The notes: generated by a model from the sequence alone, not told the origin. A stretch of 32,000 nucleotides of DNA from Formosa sp. Hel1_33_131 (GCF_001735745.1 NZ_CP017260.1:2130001-2162000), one strand, 5' to 3'. Positions 1 through 7,978 are shown, counted from the first letter of the stretch. Made by a program: numbers and translations.

Positions 1-333
1 ATATGGTTGGTGATGCCAGGGTATTATCAAAAAAAATCTTTTGATATGGGTAGTTTTTTTGGGATATTTAAGGATCAAAAGCTTGTTTCAATTTCGGGTC
101 AACGTATGCAGTCAGATGATTTTATTGAGGTCAGTGCAGTGGTTACACATCCCGATTATAAAAGAAGAGGGTTTGCAAAACAGCTGGTTGCACATACCAC
201 AAAAGAAATTTTAAAACAGCACAAACTTCCTGTTTTGCATACTGATAAAGGAAATACGGCCATACCGCTTTATGAAAAATTAGGTTATAAAATTAGTCGT
301 GATATGAATTGGTGGCTTTATTGTAGCAAATGA
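1..333 (+). CDS. GNAT-family N-acetyltransferase, C-terminal part (5' end outside window)
   Basis: The frame is open from base 1; the track start at 7 is only a TTG. YKRRGFAKQL matches the RxxGxA acetyl-CoA-binding motif, and the C-terminus (LYEKLGY) is GNAT-like. Confidence 0.6.
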   Translation: MWLVMPGYYQKKSFDMGSFFGIFKDQKLVSISGQRMQSDDFIEVSAVVTHPDYKRRGFAKQLVAHTTKEILKQHKLPVLHTDKGNTAIPLYEKLGYKISRDMNWWLYCSK

Positions 334-340
334 TTTCATT

Positions 341-994
341 CCCTATATAAACCCTTTCTCTCTAGCCGAAACTATGAGTTGTCTATCATCTAGTTTTTTC
401 ACATTGAACATACTTTTAAGGTTACGTTTTCTTTTTTCTATGCTTGCGATTGAAAGTGGTAATATATTTGGAAGGTCTTTCATTCGTGTGCCAATCGATA
501 GCTCATACAATATTTTACGATCATAATTGTCCAGAATAAAATCATTTACAACTTGATCGCGAAGTAACTTTAACACTGTTTTGCTATAGTAAGGAGGGTC
601 GTTGATTACAATGCGAATGGTTTCTAAAAGCTCAAGAGGTGTAATGTCATTTTTTATTAAAAGCCCTCCCTATATAAACCCTTTCTCTCTAGCCGAAACT
701 ATGAGTTGTCTATCATCTAGTTTTTTCACATTGAACATACTTTTAAGGTTACGTTTTCTTTTTTCTATGCTTGCGATTGAAAGTGGTAATATATTTGGAA
801 GGTCTTTCATTCGTGTGCCAATCGATAGCTCATACAATATTTTACGATCATAATTGTCCAGAATAAAATCATTTACAACTTGATCGCGAAGTAACTTTAA
901 CACTGTTTTGCTATAGTAAGGAGGGTCGTTGATTACAATGCGAATGGTTTCTAAAAGCTCAAGAGGTGTAATGTCATTTTTTATTAAAAGCCCT
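341..994. repeat. Perfect tandem duplication, 2 x 327 bp (341-667 = 668-994)
   Basis: I compared the two units base by base and they are identical. The ORF track shows the same effect: the 77-aa ORF equals the C-terminus of the 227-aa ORF, and two antisense ORFs share the N-terminus MITMRMVSKSSRGVMSFFIKSP. Confidence 0.95.
343..669 (-). pseudogene. Duplicated 3' fragment of the response-regulator gene (linker + LuxR-type HTH, 108 codons + TAG). No ATG at its 5' end.
   Basis: It is in the same frame as the upstream gene and bounded upstream by that gene's TAG (670-672). The first possible start is GTG at 574-576, which the track reports as M. Confidence 0.5.
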
Positions 995-1353
995 TCGGGG
1001 TTGATGTTTTTAAGAATATTATGTACACGAAAATTGTCGTTAAATGTGGTAGAAACTATGATTCTTGGATTCGGTAATTGGTCTCTTATGAGCAATCCCA
1101 AATCTTCACCTGAGAGAATTTCACCATCCCTTGATGGTGGTAACTTTATATCTAAAAACACTATGTATTTGTGCTCCTCTGATTTCAGAGCCCTCTTTAT
1201 TAGTAAACGTCCACTGTCACAATCATTCGCTGTTTTAATTGAAAAATCGACGGTCTCATTGTGTTTGCTGTAATAATCTAAAGCCGTGATGTATGCCTCT
1301 GTTATCAAGGGATGGTCATCTATGATGAGTACAAAATATTTTTTTGATTTCAT
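670..1353 (-). CDS. NarL/FixJ-family response regulator (receiver + LuxR-type HTH)
   Basis: The receiver motifs are present: acidic pocket IIDDHP, phospho-acceptor context IVFLDIKLP, and a C-terminal LuxR HTH (LSIASIEKRKRNLKSMFNV). ATG start at 1353, 12 bp downstream of the kinase gene. Confidence 0.9.
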   Translation of the reverse strand: MKSKKYFVLIIDDHPLITEAYITALDYYSKHNETVDFSIKTANDCDSGRLLIKRALKSEEHKYIVFLDIKLPPSRDGEILSGEDLGLLIRDQLPNPRIIVSTTFNDNFRVHNILKNINPEGLLIKNDITPLELLETIRIVINDPPYYSKTVLKLLRDQVVNDFILDNYDRKILYELSIGTRMKDLPNILPLSIASIEKRKRNLKSMFNVKKLDDRQLIVSAREKGFI

Positions 1354-1364
1354 ATTTATAAGAT

Positions 1365-3401
1365 TTATATAGGAATTTGGATTGTCAGTAGCGTGCCTTT
1401 AGTGGGTTCAGATAAAACTGTGAATACCCCCTTTAATTTTTTTATTCTGGATGTCATATTTTTCATGCCGATTCCTTTTCGTTTTTTTTTGCAATCGAAA
1501 CCAACCCCATCATCTTTAATTTTCATAATTATTTTGCTCTCATCAGTATCAAAGGATATAATTACATTTTTAGCTTGCGCGTGTTTAATGATGTTTTGTA
1601 AGGCCTCTTGTAAAATCCGGTATAGGTTTATTTTAATGATTTGGTTGACCTGTATCCAATCAATTGATTCGTCAGGATTGAGCTCAAATTTAAAGTCACC
1701 TAGTTTGCTATTTGTTTCTAAGACCTCATTAATAATAATCAAAAAATTAATTTGAGAGTTGTCAAAATTGTCACTTAATTCATGAGACACATCGCGTATT
1801 TCTTTTTCGATTGTTTGTAACTCATCTATATATAATTGATGTTGTTTTAATGTTTTTTTATCGCCTTCAATTGCTAAAAACCCAAGGTTCATTCGTGTTC
1901 CAAATAATTTACCCAACACACCATCATGCAATTCTTCTGAAATCCGATTGCGCTCTTTTATTTTTTCGTTTTCTAATTTTTCTTGTTGTTTTAAGCTGAT
2001 TAAGTAAATCTGTTCATTCACTTGTTGTTGTTCATTTTCAAACAACAACAAACTATGTCTTACCTTTTGCCGCCAAATTAAAAATAACAACGCTATTACT
2101 AACATAACCACAGAACTTATGATTGAAATCCATACTTTTTGTCCTTCAAGACGTTCGGTTTCTTGGATATATTCATCGGTTTCAAATGCTATTCGGGTAA
2201 ATTTATTTTGAATTTTTCGCTCTATAATTTGCAAGCTATCGCTGTAATCAATGTGTCTTTTTAAATAGACAGCGGAATTTTTTGGGTCTAAATTTGCTAA
2301 AATCGATAAGGACTCCAAATAGTCTCTGCTGTTTCTGATTTCCTCTGCCAATCGATTGGCTTCTTTAGCAACTGCAATAGCTTTCACGCTGTCTTGGGCA
2401 TAGGTGTAATAACGTACTAAATGTATTTTACTAATGAGAATTCCAGATTTATCATCTAGACTATCTCTAATGTGCAAGGCCTCGTTGAGCTGTTTTGCAA
2501 TATGAAGGGTGTCTTTCATTAACAGTTTGCAATAGGCTTGGTTGTCCAGGGCGCGGGCATAGGAATCTTTATTGTCTAGCTTTAAACGATCGTTTTCTAA
2601 GAGGGTATTAAAATTTTGTAAAGCTCTGGAATACTCTTCTTTTTTCAGATATGTAATGCCTATGTTGTTTAGGCTGGCTTGGAATTGGGTTTGATTATTA
2701 TCAAATTCCTCTAAATATTCTGAAGCTCTATCATAATAATACAGGGCTTTGTCATATTCGTAAATATCGTTTTGCAATTGCCCTAAATGATCATAGCATG
2801 AATACAAAGATTTATAATCTTCTATTTGTTTAAATTTTTTAATCGCCATAAAGGTCAGTACCTCGCTGCCAGAATAATCTTTGAAGCGCCCTTTGATAAA
2901 TGCCATACCATACTGCATATTTGCCGATTCATAAACATAGCCGCTTTTGTCAAAATATTTATTTGCAGTATCAAAGTGTTGATAGGCACTGTCATAAATA
3001 GCTCTATTTGTATAATAGCTTGCGTAATTCCAGTGGGCATCTCCCATGGCAAACGAATCGTTAATTCGGGTGGCGAGAGCCAATGCTTCGTTGGTTCGGT
3101 TTTTAAACAATGTGGTGTCGCCCAACTTTAAGTTCTGATAGGCAATCGTCGTTAACTTCCGTGTCTGTACCGTATCAATTTGTGATGCTTTAACAATGTG
3201 GTAGGCTTTTATTAAAAATTGTTTTCGCTCTTGTAAAGCATAGGAGTCATTTTTGGATGCACGGATCCAAGTGGCAACACTGTCGTTTTTTGAAGGGGAT
3301 AAAGGAGAATCTGCTGTCTTAGGCGGATTCCCGCAGAACCGCACCACCAGCACGAAGACAAAGCAAAGAGCAAAAAATAGAGATACGCGTTTTAGGTTCA
3401 A
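1365..3401 (-). CDS. TPR-repeat sensor histidine kinase (HisKA_3 + HATPase_c)
   Basis: N-terminal hydrophobic signal/TM, a long TPR-like region, a second TM (VWISIISSVVMLVIALLFLIW), the H-box ISEELHDGVLGKL and the ATPase G-box DDGVGF...GIGMKNM. The only available start in the open frame is TTG at 3399-3401. Confidence 0.88.
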   Translation of the reverse strand: MNLKRVSLFFALCFVFVLVVRFCGNPPKTADSPLSPSKNDSVATWIRASKNDSYALQERKQFLIKAYHIVKASQIDTVQTRKLTTIAYQNLKLGDTTLFKNRTNEALALATRINDSFAMGDAHWNYASYYTNRAIYDSAYQHFDTANKYFDKSGYVYESANMQYGMAFIKGRFKDYSGSEVLTFMAIKKFKQIEDYKSLYSCYDHLGQLQNDIYEYDKALYYYDRASEYLEEFDNNQTQFQASLNNIGITYLKKEEYSRALQNFNTLLENDRLKLDNKDSYARALDNQAYCKLLMKDTLHIAKQLNEALHIRDSLDDKSGILISKIHLVRYYTYAQDSVKAIAVAKEANRLAEEIRNSRDYLESLSILANLDPKNSAVYLKRHIDYSDSLQIIERKIQNKFTRIAFETDEYIQETERLEGQKVWISIISSVVMLVIALLFLIWRQKVRHSLLLFENEQQQVNEQIYLISLKQQEKLENEKIKERNRISEELHDGVLGKLFGTRMNLGFLAIEGDKKTLKQHQLYIDELQTIEKEIRDVSHELSDNFDNSQINFLIIINEVLETNSKLGDFKFELNPDESIDWIQVNQIIKINLYRILQEALQNIIKHAQAKNVIISFDTDESKIIMKIKDDGVGFDCKKKRKGIGMKNMTSRIKKLKGVFTVLSEPTKGTLLTIQIPI

Positions 3402-3427
3402 AAGAGGGGGCTTTGGTGCAAATTACT

Positions 3428-3466
3428 AAAAAACCTCTAATAGATCCATCTATTAAAGGCTTTTTT
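3428..3466 (-). terminator. Hairpin with flanking A6/T6 runs (bidirectional terminator or attenuator)
   Basis: Stem 3434-3444 pairs with 3449-3459 (11 bp, one C/A mismatch) around a 4-nt loop. On the minus strand it is followed by U6. It lies 18 bp after the small lipoprotein ORF and only 27 bp before the kinase start. Confidence 0.5.
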
Positions 3467-3483
3467 CTATGAAGTTCTATGAA

Positions 3484-3645
3484 TTATCCTTTGCTGCCGT
3501 TATGAGTGCTAGTGTTTTCACCACCTGTTGCTTGGATGTCTTCAACAGCATTGGTGTTTTGGTCGTCGTCTAAAGCTTGTGGTGTGCAAGAAGATAAAAA
3601 AAGAGTCAGTGCAAATAGAGAGAAAATTACTTTTAAAGTTTTCAT
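3484..3645 (-). CDS. Small lipoprotein, 53 aa (below the ORF-track cutoff)
   Basis: My own translation: MKTLKVIFSLFALTLFLSSCTPQALDDDQNTNAVEDIQATGGENTSTHNGSKG. ATG at 3643-3645 and TAA at 3484-3486. It has a signal peptide with an LSSC lipobox, and the mature part is acidic. Confidence 0.55.
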   Translation of the reverse strand: MKTLKVIFSLFALTLFLSSCTPQALDDDQNTNAVEDIQATGGENTSTHNGSKG

Positions 3646-3825
3646 AATATAAATTTTAGGGTTAAGTTTTTTTTTGTGCCGTAATTACGGCATGGGTTTT
3701 GTAAAATAATTCACAATTAATCGCGTATTAATTGGACTTATAGGACTATCCTGATACAAATATAAAATTATATTTTCGAGTTAAATATATATTTTACAAG
3801 GTTTTAGTAACTGTCTTATACTTAT

Positions 3826-3855
3826 TAGGGAAATCTTTATTTTGTATAGGGAAAT
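3826..3855. promoter_or_regulatory. 9-bp direct repeat TAGGGAAAT-N12-TAGGGAAAT (candidate LytTR-type binding site)
   Basis: Exact copies at 3826-3834 and 3847-3855 with a 12-nt spacer, abutting the stop of the LytTR gene. On the minus strand they lie upstream of the small lipoprotein ORF. Confidence 0.4.
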
Positions 3856-4580
3856 TACTTTAATGTAAACATGGCACTGTCTGACAGTACTTTATTCATC
3901 GTGTTGATGTTGTCTATAAAGGTTTTCGTAAAGGGGATTTTATGTTGATTTTTAATAATGCACATCGATTTTCCAAAATGAACTCTGGAAATGCTGTCTA
4001 TATTAATAATGTAACTTTTATGTATTCTGTAAAAATTTTCAGGCAGTGATTGCTCAAAAACTTTCAGAGTTTTATAGGAATTGATCACTTTGCCATCGTT
4101 CATAAAAAAGTCGGTTGTATTGTTATCGGCTTTTAGATAAAGAATGTTAGAAATGTCTAAGTAATGAAAATCTTTATTTGATTTTAAGCAAAGAGATTCA
4201 GCTTTTTTTGTAGGGATCTTTTCAAGAATTGACAAAAGATTCTTTCTAATCGTGTACTCGGTCAATGGTTTTAATAGGTAAAGCGAGAAATTATATTGAA
4301 AAGCATCATACGCACTTTCTTTGGTTGTAGCGAGTGCTATAAGTTTGGGCATGTCTTTTACATACTGGGATATTTCATAAAAAAACTCCAGAAAATTAAT
4401 TTTAACGGATTCAATGTTTATGAAAATAATCTTGGGCTTGATTTCTAAAATCATATTTAAGGCTGTTTCTTGTTCTTCACCCACATAATTAAATGAGGTT
4501 TGGTCAAAATCGTTCCCCACGGTTAGTATAAGATCAACCATGCTTTTATCATCTTCAATAACTAAACATTCTATTGCCAT
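3855..4580 (-). CDS. LytTR-family DNA-binding regulator with an atypical (apparently Asp-less) receiver domain
   Basis: C-terminal LytTR domain (ILYLKADNNTTDFFMNDGKV...FYRIHKSYIINIDSI) and N-terminal receiver-like fold (CLVIEDD...LIALATTKE...YLLKPL). ATG at 4580 is preferred over the GTG at 4604 used by the track. Confidence 0.85.
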   Translation of the reverse strand: MAIECLVIEDDKSMVDLILTVGNDFDQTSFNYVGEEQETALNMILEIKPKIIFINIESVKINFLEFFYEISQYVKDMPKLIALATTKESAYDAFQYNFSLYLLKPLTEYTIRKNLLSILEKIPTKKAESLCLKSNKDFHYLDISNILYLKADNNTTDFFMNDGKVINSYKTLKVFEQSLPENFYRIHKSYIINIDSISRVHFGKSMCIIKNQHKIPFTKTFIDNINTMNKVLSDSAMFTLK

Positions 4581-4631
4581 AACTTTAACATGCAATTTAA
4601 TCACTCAAAATGAAATAAGCATTCAATTATG

Positions 4632-4668
4632 CCTTACAAAAAGTAAGGGAAAACCTTACTTTTTGTAA
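4632..4668. promoter_or_regulatory. Nested inverted repeat: 15-bp perfect stem (4634-4648 / 4654-4668), each arm itself a small hairpin
   Basis: CCTTACAAAAAGTAAGG-GAAAA-CCTTACTTTTTGTAA. It lies between the sulfurtransferase stop (4835) and the LytTR start (4580). Confidence 0.45.
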
Positions 4669-4834
4669 ATCGTTAAAAAGCCTTATTTGTGCTAAAAATA
4701 AATGTTGTAATTAACGCCTTTTCTCGAAGAGGTTTCTAATTTTACATAAGCCTTTTTAAGTTCTAATAACATTCCGATTGTATATTTTTAGTTGTTTGAA
4801 TTAGTCAAAAACACCTTTTTAAAGCAAAAATCAA

Positions 4835-5668
4835 CTACCGCAAAACGTCAGTTTTTAGATTTTGACGCTCTGCCCATTCCGTCCATGAGCCGTCATAAAT
4901 AGTCCTGCTTTTATTAAATGCAATCACATTGGCGAGCATCACAATACAAGCGGTAAGCCCAGAGCCACAACTAAAAACCAATTCTTTTTGGTCGTCACAT
5001 TTTCTGTTAAACACTGTTTGTAATTCAGATGCGGTTTTGAATTTCCCATTCGCAAGCACTTCACCATAAGGAATATTAATCGAGTCAGGGATGTGTCCGC
5101 TTTTCAAATGTTTTCGAGGTTCATCAGCACTGCCATTAAATCGTCCTTCTGAACGCGCATCCACAATAGTGAATGTTTTTGTGTGTACATTGTCGAATAC
5201 ATCTTGATAGTTTTTGATATATTTAGTTTGAAGTGCCGCTTTAAAATCGCCAAGTTCATGGTGTTTAGGTCTTCTGGTTTCTGTTGAATAACCACTATCA
5301 ATCCAAGCGGGAAGTCCACCGTCTAACACAGAGATTTCGTGATGCCCCATCAACTTAAATAGCCACCAAACGCGTGGACTCGAATAGATTCCTAAAGAAT
5401 CAAACACCACAATTTTTGAATTCCGACGGATGCCTAATTTTTGGCATTCAGTCTCAAACTGTGTTTCATTTGGGAGAGTATTGGGAAGTGAACTGTTAGG
5501 GTCAGAAAAGTTATTTTTGAGATCAAAGTAGCGCGCTCCTAGAATGGTTTTTAAATGAATGTGTGCAATATTCCCTTCAGCAGTCGTTTGAAGACTCGCA
5601 TCCAGTACAATTAAATCGGGGTGATTCAAGTTCTGATGCAACCATTCGATGGATACGATTTCGTTCAT
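4835..5668 (-). CDS. sseA: 3-mercaptopyruvate/thiosulfate sulfurtransferase (tandem rhodanese domains)
   Basis: Two rhodanese-like halves and the active-site loop CGSGLTAC, which matches the MST-type CG[ST]G[VL]TA motif. Confidence 0.8.
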   Translation of the reverse strand: MNEIVSIEWLHQNLNHPDLIVLDASLQTTAEGNIAHIHLKTILGARYFDLKNNFSDPNSSLPNTLPNETQFETECQKLGIRRNSKIVVFDSLGIYSSPRVWWLFKLMGHHEISVLDGGLPAWIDSGYSTETRRPKHHELGDFKAALQTKYIKNYQDVFDNVHTKTFTIVDARSEGRFNGSADEPRKHLKSGHIPDSINIPYGEVLANGKFKTASELQTVFNRKCDDQKELVFSCGSGLTACIVMLANVIAFNKSRTIYDGSWTEWAERQNLKTDVLR

Positions 5669-5766
5669 TTTGGGAATTCAGTTAAAATTCAATTCCGGGT
5701 AAATTATGAGTGGTTCTTTTTAAATTTTTGTTATGAGTTAGCAACAAGTTTACTTGATTATCTAGC

Positions 5767-6168
5767 TTATTCTAGATTTTTCCATGCAGCTAAATCGTCT
5801 TTTTTAATTTGCAAAACACCATATAAAACAGCGATACCTATAAGTCCAATAAATGATTGTCCAATGTTCAGTCCAATGCTAACATTAATGAATGACGCAG
5901 CAATACTATTTGAAACAAATCCCCAAAACCCAATTTTTTTCCATTTAAATAAAAGGATAGCAAAAATCACATTCCCTATTCCCAGTACAGCTAAAAGAAT
6001 CAACATTGAACTAGATATTCCATCAGGGTAACTTTGAGCCACCTTATTACCAGCAAAAAGATATACAAGAGATGAAAGTGAAGATCCAATAATGATTAAA
6101 ATTAACCAAGCAGTTACGCATCCATGTCTTTGTTTTGGATTGTTTTTATTTTCATTTAAATTTTCCAT
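5767..6168 (-). CDS. Hypothetical integral membrane protein (about 4 TM segments)
   Basis: Clean 133-aa ORF with an ATG start and four hydrophobic stretches. I recognise no family. Confidence 0.6.
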   Translation of the reverse strand: MENLNENKNNPKQRHGCVTAWLILIIIGSSLSSLVYLFAGNKVAQSYPDGISSSMLILLAVLGIGNVIFAILLFKWKKIGFWGFVSNSIAASFINVSIGLNIGQSFIGLIGIAVLYGVLQIKKDDLAAWKNLE

Positions 6169-6209
6169 GTTTTATTTTTTAATTTTAGTTGCGTTATTGA
6201 TACATTACA

Positions 6210-7058
6210 TTATTTAACCACTTGCTTTATAAGAGTGTTTCCGTTTTTTAAACGCATTTTAACTAGGTACATACCATTGCTAAATGTTGAAAAATCAATT
6301 TTTGTTGCATTCATTTTTTCTTCCATATTTAGAGTGAGTAGTTCTTGTCCCAATGGATTGATAACCACCACATCAAGTAGATCTAATCCATCTGTTACGA
6401 TGGTTAAAGCATCGATAACTGGATTTGGAAACAGTTTGGTTCTAGTATTAAATTCTCGGTCGTTTACTCCAAGTATCGATGAATGTTCTACGAGATAATA
6501 CAATGTATTGGCTTGGTTTAAATCATTCCATTCTCCAGCATTACCATTTGGCCATGCCTCCAAAGAGAGGCCAAGTGCATCTTGGTTATTATTGTAATCG
6601 TCAGGTTCAGAAGATCCAGCAGATCCCCAATGATTATAAAGCCCATTTACAGCATTTCCAGAAGTTGTGCCCATCCAAAACTGAGTACTGCTAGCGTCGT
6701 TGTTGCCATTCAAAACCCAGTTGCCCTCAGTAGTTATATCATTTCCTCCAATCCAAACATAAGCTTTGCCACCGCCATCTTGTGCAGTTGTACTGCTTAA
6801 AGTGATGCTCGTATTTGAATTTAGCGCTGTATAAATGGCACTCTGTTCAGAAGCATTATTAATTTCTGCCAAAACACCACCTCTTTGTACTGCACAACTC
6901 GCTGCATCAGCCCAATTTTTAGGTTCTTTAATGACTTCATACGTTTGTCCATTATATACAAATGAGTCCACATTTGAGCTGTTTGCACATTGTCCGGTTG
7001 CTAAATAATGTCCCATGACAGAGGAGAGTATTATCATTGCTACTATTTTTGTTTTCAT
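6210..7058 (-). CDS. Secreted C-type-lectin-like domain protein with a T9SS C-terminal sorting domain
   Basis: Signal peptide present. CTLD hallmarks are NWADAASCAVQRGGVLAEINNASEQ, VWIGGNDITTEGNW, EPD and EWNDL. The C-terminus (LFPNPVIDALTIV...GMYLVKM...IKQVVK) looks like a type-A Por/T9SS CTD. Confidence 0.8.
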   Translation of the reverse strand: MKTKIVAMIILSSVMGHYLATGQCANSSNVDSFVYNGQTYEVIKEPKNWADAASCAVQRGGVLAEINNASEQSAIYTALNSNTSITLSSTTAQDGGGKAYVWIGGNDITTEGNWVLNGNNDASSTQFWMGTTSGNAVNGLYNHWGSAGSSEPDDYNNNQDALGLSLEAWPNGNAGEWNDLNQANTLYYLVEHSSILGVNDREFNTRTKLFPNPVIDALTIVTDGLDLLDVVVINPLGQELLTLNMEEKMNATKIDFSTFSNGMYLVKMRLKNGNTLIKQVVK

Positions 7059-7251
7059 AATATTTGATTTTAAGGTTTATTTTAATGTCATAATTGCATG
7101 TTGGTTTCTATACTCAAATAGCTCCCAATAGATCCCACTTTAGGGTTAATAGTTACAGTCAAATAATCGCTTACACAGTTTTTTATTTGTTTTGAAGAAT
7201 TGGATTTGGGGTCTAAGTCTGCTATAAATGTAGTAAAAAAATAATTACCAC

Positions 7252-7285
7252 AAAAAAAACGCTTGCAATTGCTGCAAGCGTTTTT
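7252..7285 (-). terminator. Rho-independent terminator (bidirectional form)
   Basis: A8-CGCTTGCA-attgc-TGCAAGCG-T5. On the minus strand the hairpin is followed by U8. It lies downstream of the 75-aa lipoprotein gene. Confidence 0.7.
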
Positions 7286-7369
7286 AAAAATTGAGTTAAA
7301 ATTCACAAGGCAACTGAGAATCTTTTAAAAGAAACGTTGTGCCCACTTGTCGATGACAAGCTCGTAAAT

Positions 7370-7597
7370 TTAGTTTTTTGGTCTGTAGATCGCACCCGTT
7401 GCAAAATCAACGATTGTTCCTGGCCAAAAAAGTAAAAGATCGGCAATTAATGCACCTACTCTAATTTCTCTTTGTTCTTCACCTGCAGCAGGCTTTGTTT
7501 TTTGATGTGCCGTTACTTTTCCGCCAAAAACGGTAGCACAACTTGTCATCATTAGTGCAACGAGTCCGATTGCAGCAACATTTTTCATTTTTTTCAT
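7370..7597 (-). CDS. Small lipoprotein (75 aa)
   Basis: Signal peptide with lipobox (LMMTSC) and an ATG start. Confidence 0.65.
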   Translation of the reverse strand: MKKMKNVAAIGLVALMMTSCATVFGGKVTAHQKTKPAAGEEQREIRVGALIADLLLFWPGTIVDFATGAIYRPKN

Positions 7598-7621
7598 TTC
7601 AATGTAATTTAATAGTTATGG

Positions 7622-7978
7622 TTAAAATTGTTTTAATTCTGTTTTGGATACCCGATCATGAATCCCCATGGGTATAAATAAATAGGAGAAGAAATCAATA
7701 GGGATTAAGCGACATAGGGTTCTTATAAGGATGCTTGAAAATTTAGGTTTTTCATCCGTGCCACAGTTTACGACTTTTGATTTGGTGATCATTTTACCAA
7801 CGGTTTGCCCTGTAGTCCACTCCATAATGAAATAATACAGGTAGTACAGTGGGATCATGACATATTTCAAATATTCCTCTGCAACATAGTCCTTTAATAG
7901 GGCTGAAAAAATTATTACGACCACAAAAAACAGTGCAGAGTCAATAAGGAAATTGTATAAACGGACGCGTTTTTTCAT
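7622..7978 (-). CDS. RDD-family membrane protein
   Basis: N-terminal R..YNFLIDSALF, TM segments and the GQTVGKMITKSKVV motif typical of RDD proteins. ATG at 7978 is preferred over the TTG at 7987 used by the track. Confidence 0.6.
   Translation of the reverse strand: MKKRVRLYNFLIDSALFFVVVIIFSALLKDYVAEEYLKYVMIPLYYLYYFIMEWTTGQTVGKMITKSKVVNCGTDEKPKFSSILIRTLCRLIPIDFFSYLFIPMGIHDRVSKTELKQF

Noticed and set aside
602-1273. Plus-strand ORFs 602-853 and 929-1273 with identical N-termini
   Set aside because: They run antisense to the response-regulator gene. The shared N-terminus is just a by-product of the 327-bp duplication. Their composition is low-complexity and hydrophobic, and one uses a TTG start.
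1482-1490. T9 (A9 on the coding strand) homopolymer inside the kinase ATPase domain, considered as a possible phase-variation tract
   Set aside because: It encodes a plausible KKKRK stretch and the frame is intact. Runs of this length are common in AT-rich genomes, and I see no evidence of slippage.
1393-3131. Several ORFs antisense to, or in other frames within, the sensor kinase gene (1393-1755, 1811-1999, 2826-3131, 2855-3052)
   Set aside because: They lie entirely inside a well-supported 678-aa CDS and have no motifs. Long spurious frames like these are typical of AT-rich DNA.
7088-7306. 72-aa minus-strand ORF
   Set aside because: It spans a rho-independent terminator hairpin and the lectin promoter region, and shows no coding features.
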